Below, piece after piece: positions 58,761 to 64,000 of a DNA stretch of 64,000 nt. The number at the start of each line of letters is the position of its first letter. Position 1 is the first letter of the stretch. Source of the stretch: Octopus vulgaris (lineage: Eukaryota). The stretch spans positions 17,980,001 to 18,044,000 of the forward strand of contig OX597821.1 in assembly GCA_951406725.2 (NCBI GenBank), in the 5' to 3' direction. The notes beneath the pieces are model-generated. The model did no database searches. It was given only the letters and a program-made list of their open reading frames with translations, and was not told where the DNA came from. The translations under genes were made by a program, and so were the position numbers.

Positions 58761-58928
58761 AAATACCACCGACTACAGTAGAAGAATGGGACAAGCGTTA
58801 CTTGGGTTTTCTCGCCATTCCATTATCATTGTCCTTCGTCCTCGCAGTGTCGGTGTATGTCATGTGGAGATACAGATTCACGTTCATTCTCAAGATAATC
58901 TACACATTCCAGAATTATGAAGACCATG
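58761..58928 (+). CDS. EGF-TM-TIR receptor, transmembrane exon
   Basis: ttgcag| (E)[55 protein letters not shown] |gtaagt; 168 nt, phase 1-1. Confidence 0.88.
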
Positions 58929-58939
58929 GTAAGTTCTTA

Positions 58940-58996
<57 letters not shown>

Positions 58997-59021
58997 TAAA
59001 CATACATATATATATATGCAT

Positions 59022-59052
<31 letters not shown>

Positions 59053-59054
59053 CA

Positions 59055-59196
<142 letters not shown>

Positions 59197-59931
59197 TACA
59201 TATATATAGTGGTATGCGTACACTTTGTTCTCTTATGTGTAAGTACACACTTTCCAAAATCTTGTACGACTCTATTTCCATCAGCCCTTTCACGCTTATT
59301 CATTCATTCCACTCTTCGTTCTTTCGTTTCCCCTCTCTCACATTTCTTTGCTTTCTGTTCTCACTCACTTTCCCTCCACTTTTCACTTCATCGTATCCCT
59401 GTCATTTTTTCTCTCCCCTCCTTAATTCTCCTGTCCCTCTGCTTCTACTTCTCTCTCTTCTCTTCCCACGTGACCGATCTGCTAAGCCTGTTCTTTCTTT
59501 CTTGGTCTGACCGTTCTCCGTGCAACATCGATATTTTTCCCTGTGTTTGCAAAATCTTTGTATCTCTGCCGCAAGGCTTCATTTCCAGACGTGCCAGTTT
59601 AATTCAATTCGTCCTTAGTCAAAAGACACCTGTTGTTATGTCCTGTTGTTATTTTTATTGTATCTTTATTGTATTTATATTTGTGTAACATTGTCCGTTT
59701 TTTCCGTCCTTGTTTTTGTACATATTCCCTGCTTTCTTATAAGGGATCTAATGCTCTTAGATTAGTTTTTCCTTGGGGCTGGCCAGAGTGGAGCAATCTC
59801 AAGAATAATCAGCCGAAATTGCGAGGATAATCTGGTGCATAACTAAAGAAAGAAAACTTCGAGTGACCCGTCCTTGTTTACTTTGTATCGTCTATCTGGA
59901 TGTTTGGTTGTCCCTTTTTGTTATTTATATT

Positions 59932-60062
<131 letters not shown>

Positions 60063-60764
60063 ATATATATATATATACATACATATATACATATATACAT
60101 ACATATATGTGTATTTCCTTTAGTATTTGTTTATTTACATCATGTAAGTGTGATGCACACAATGTGTATGTACAAAAGCAACAACTTAGGGTATTAATAG
60201 TCTTGCTACTACGTCGGCTCCACTGTTTGGCCAATCCTGCGTTACCAATGTATAATTTGGAATATCAGTTGACCCAAAAGACAAAAATGAGTATTTAGAC
60301 GGAATGAGAACTCACTTAACGTCCAATTATCGCAGCAAGATTAACGAGTCAGTTGTACGCCCAAAATGCCTTCAGGCCGAAAGAGGGATACATTCAGCCA
60401 AGGACTGCTATATCCTATTTATATTTGTTTAGCCTCTGTGTCATTCTCATAAAAGTTAAAACAGGCCTGTCATTGTTACCTTGTAGTACACTTAAATTAA
60501 TGTATGCTTTCTTTATGTTGTATATATTGACTATTCTTGTTGTGACTGTGTAAAAAATCATTTATTCATTGAAGAATTGCATGTACTAGAACAAAAATAA
60601 TGGCGACTCTTCAGGCCTTGTTCTTTTCTGAGGTCGATTCAAGTGGATTTCCTTCCGAATATGGTGTTATTCATTTGTAACTGAGCAAATATATTGTTTA
60701 ATTCTGCTGATATTTCCATAATGCTGTAGTGTTGTGTTGGCAGTGAAACTAGTATATTGAATAT

Positions 60765-60955
60765 ACGATGTGGTGCTGAAAAGATCCTGGTTGAAGGTCC
60801 AACCTTCTGAGTTGTTTTACAGGGCTTAGAAAAACTGAAGGACCGCTGCAATAAGTATGTGGATCTGAGAGGGGAATATGTTCAATAAAATCCTTATTAA
60901 CTGACCCTCCTGTATTTTATAATACCCAAAGTCAGGAACTTTATATACCCTCTCC
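60765..60955 (+). mobile_element. Mariner-derived MITE (related copy at ~63160-63362)
   Basis: Shared ctgaaggaccgctgcaataagt..gatctgagagggg..atatgtt..ataaaatc; imperfect TIRs ctgaaaagatcctgg / caggaacttt. Confidence 0.6.
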
Positions 60956-61049
60956 TATATTATATTTCTTTATTGTATAGAGGGAATCTTACGAGGAATA
61001 TTTTTATTGCCTAAGTTGTTTCATTATTAGTTGTGCTTTCTGTTATTTT

Positions 61050-61250
61050 CATTACATCTGAACACGAGAGCCTCCTCCTTCAGAAAACATCTAGACAGAT
61101 GCTGGAACACCGACAAAGGCAGAACAGTCACAACTGAAGCCAATAAAAGAAATTTGGGTAATCTAAGAATAAGGGAAGCTATCCTCATAGACAGACTAGG
61201 GCCCCAAATTAACAACAGGCTGGAAGTTGGTAGTCAAAATATTATTTAGC
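61050..61250 (+). mobile_element. GIY-YIG C-terminal fragment (PLE-like)
   Basis: SSFRKHLDRC...LRIREAILIDRLGPQIN. Confidence 0.5.
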
Positions 61251-61740
61251 TACATCTGGATACATGTAGGTTCATTTTTGATAGCATGCTCATGTATTCT
61301 TTATATAAAAAAAAAAAAGGTGATAAATAAAAGGAAATTTCACGTATAATACATAACTTAGAAGCTGCGCTACGGATGTGCCAGCACATACGAGCTTGGG
61401 AAAAGGCCGCCCACGCGCATTTCTCGTGAAGAATTCCGGAAGGAACTTCGTGAGACCGCTGCAGAGACGCTTCCAGAAAAAAAACCGTTGGAAGACCGAT
61501 TATAGCAATTTTTATATTCAGATATATAATACTCTTGATGATTGAATTATAAGTTATTATAGTTCATTGTTGTTAATATAATGCATTGTTGTGCCATTCA
61601 AAACGTTATTCTTTACAAACAATATACAATGCTTCAAGCGAACTACAATACTCTCCTATATATATACGTGTGTGTGTGTGTTTGTGTGTGGTGTGTGTGC
61701 GTGTGCGTGTGTGCGTGTGTGTGTGTGTGAATACGTATAC

Positions 61741-61785
<45 letters not shown>

Positions 61786-61789
61786 AATG

Positions 61790-62285
61790 TATTATTGCCA
61801 TTAAGAAAACCCCTCCGAAGAAAATCTGCAATCATTCTGGTCAAAAATTTGGTACAAAAAGTGGGATTTCAACCTGAATGCATCATGATTAATTAAAATT
61901 GAGAGAGAATAGTGTACCAACACTAACAGTAAGACATACAAGATTGATGTAGAAACCTTCGCTATATCAGTAGGCAAACTGCAGAGTGGGAAGGCACCTG
62001 GAAGGGACCTAATATTTGGATATTGGTACAAGACGCTGACATTTTATAGAAACCAGTTGATACGTATGTTCAAAAGGATTATGGAAGGTCAGACTGATAT
62101 GCTAAGTTGGCTTGATACAGCAGGGACAAATCTTGTTGCCAAAAATGAAATCACCGAGATAGCATGAAACGACAGGCCCATTGCTTGCCTAAACATTATG
62201 TACAAACTGTACACAATTTGCCTCAACCAATTCCTCCATTGTGAGTCGAACAAAGTTGAGACTGATGAACAGGCTAGTGGAAAGA
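61790..62285 (+). mobile_element. R4-like RT fragment
   Basis: KAPGRDLIFGYWYK, RPIACLNIMYKLYT. Confidence 0.65.
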
Positions 62286-63422
62286 CTAAAAGTTTAAGAT
62301 AGATAACGAATATTGGTAAAATTAGAACTACGTTTGGTTAAAGGAGACTAGTAATAGGGTGTATACTTGGGTTGTATTAACCGTTACTCCCGAAGTTAAT
62401 TTGAGTGTGTTTTAACTCAAGATTGTTTCAGTCTTTAGTTCTTCTTTTTACACCTTTTATCACTCTTCATTAGCTAATGATTAGCACTCCAGTTTCGGTA
62501 CCTACCATCCTCAACGAGTCCCAATTCAATAAATACTCATATTTTATCATAGGATTTCTTGAGGGAGTTCGCGGAGCAAAACTGGAGTCTCTCGTAATAT
62601 GATTGGCAACTGAACACTGATTATCTAGCACATTCTTTTTCTTTGACTACTTTAATGCTTCATCATTTTTAGACCAAGTTATGTTTCGTATGTATTTATT
62701 AGTATTTAATTATAGGTGCTTTCTCACTTTGCCTACTAAGGGAGTCACCAATTACTCCTCACACAAATAACGCAAAAATGGGCTTGGTTGATAAAGTGTT
62801 AATTATCGTCTTGTATATTACTGTTTACAATTCATACATTTGTAATTTGTATTCTGGGATCAAATATGTCCGTATATTTCCAAATAGCATTACACCATAT
62901 CTTCAATATTGTTTGCCATCATCGGAAGCAGTGATCTGCTTTAAGGTGTCGATATCACAGTGATATCCGATTGGCAACTAACGAGGGAAGTTCCCAAATA
63001 TGCTAAATATTCTGATCCGTCTCTCTCCATCGTCTACTTTTGTTGTTATTTTTTATTCTTTTTAGTTACATAGTGCATCATAGTTTTTTTTTTTTTTTGT
63101 AATGTTCATCAAAGACGGAATGTCGTTATACTGCGCCTGTATGTGCGTGTGTGTGTGGGGGGGGGTTGTGCCGAAAAGTTTCTGACTTTAAGGGTGTCGC
63201 AAAAAGCCTGGTCGAGGGTCCAATCTTCCGAGTTCTTTTACTGAGCTTAGATAAACTGAAGGACCGCTGCAATAAGTTTGTAAATCTGAGAGGGAAATAT
63301 GTTGAATAAAATCATAATTAAACTGATTTTCCTAAAGCCAGGAACTTTTCAGACATCCTCGTTGGTGTGTGTGTGTGTGTGTGTGTGTGCGTGCGTGTGT
63401 GTATGTGTGTGTGTTTGTGTGT

Positions 63423-63459
<37 letters not shown>

Positions 63460-63831
63460 CGTGTGTGTATGTGTGTGTGTTTGTGTGTGTGTATGTGTGT
63501 GTGTGTGTGTGTGTGTGCGCGGGGGGTGCGTGTGTGTGTTGGCATAGACAAAACATATATGTTCATAAGTAAACATGAACTGGATATAAACATGCTTGTA
63601 TATTCCCAAACCACGTCAGATAATAATTCTAATGTTGTTTGACATCGTGGGAATTTGGGACACTGCCTTAAAGTGATGAAATCCCGTTTATATCATTTCT
63701 TTAAACATGTTTTTGTTCTCTCTCCGTTCGTTGTCACTGTTTTCTTTGATTTGTATTACTGACATTGGGTAGTGTCGATTCTTATTTTTATTGCTCGTTG
63801 GTAGATTATACTATACATGTATATATTTCAG

Positions 63832-63975
63832 ATGGTAAAGAGTATGACGCTTTCATCTCGTTCCGTTCTGCAACATCGGATGAATATTGGGTATTTAACA
63901 CACTGTTTCCCACCCTAGAGAATGAAATGGGTTTTAAATTGTGTGTCCATTTCAGAGACTTTCTTGTCGGTGAAA
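63832..63975 (+). CDS. EGF-TM-TIR receptor, first TIR-domain exon (boxes 1-2); the gene continues beyond the right edge
   Basis: tttcag| (D)GKEYDAFISFRSATSDEYWVFNTLFPTLENEMGFKLCVHFRDFLVGE |gtaagt; 144 nt, phase 1-1. YDAFIS and KLC.H.RDF..G are TIR box 1 and box 2. Confidence 0.9.
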
Positions 63976-64000
63976 GTAAGTCACGTATTCTCTTTTCAAT

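Overview
AT-rich, microsatellite-saturated animal DNA. The SINE families suggest a coleoid cephalopod, probably Octopus (inference). There are two host genes, at opposite ends and pointing away from each other. On the + strand, three phase-compatible exons (55742-56294, 58761-58928, 63832-63975) encode signal peptide, 4 EGF-like repeats, a transmembrane helix and the start of a TIR domain. On the - strand, exon 524-53 encodes a signal peptide plus EGF repeats that look paralogous; the ORF track missed it. The ~55 kb between them is almost all transposon. It holds a 9.4-kb palindrome made of a Naiad-like Penelope-like element (PLE) and its inverted copy, plus several miniature fold-back PLE ends with the same layout. 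It also holds more than a dozen minimal type-I hammerhead ribozyme motifs and a Neptune-like PLE with a U-UUU-UUA site at an ORF1/ORF2 overlap. Other elements: an intact R4/Dong element in (TAA)n, CR1/L2, Tx1 and RTE LINEs, a mariner with a nested LINE, a solo LTR and many tRNA-derived SINEs. All calls come from reading and translating by eye; no database search or folding computation was run, and repeat boundaries are approximate.
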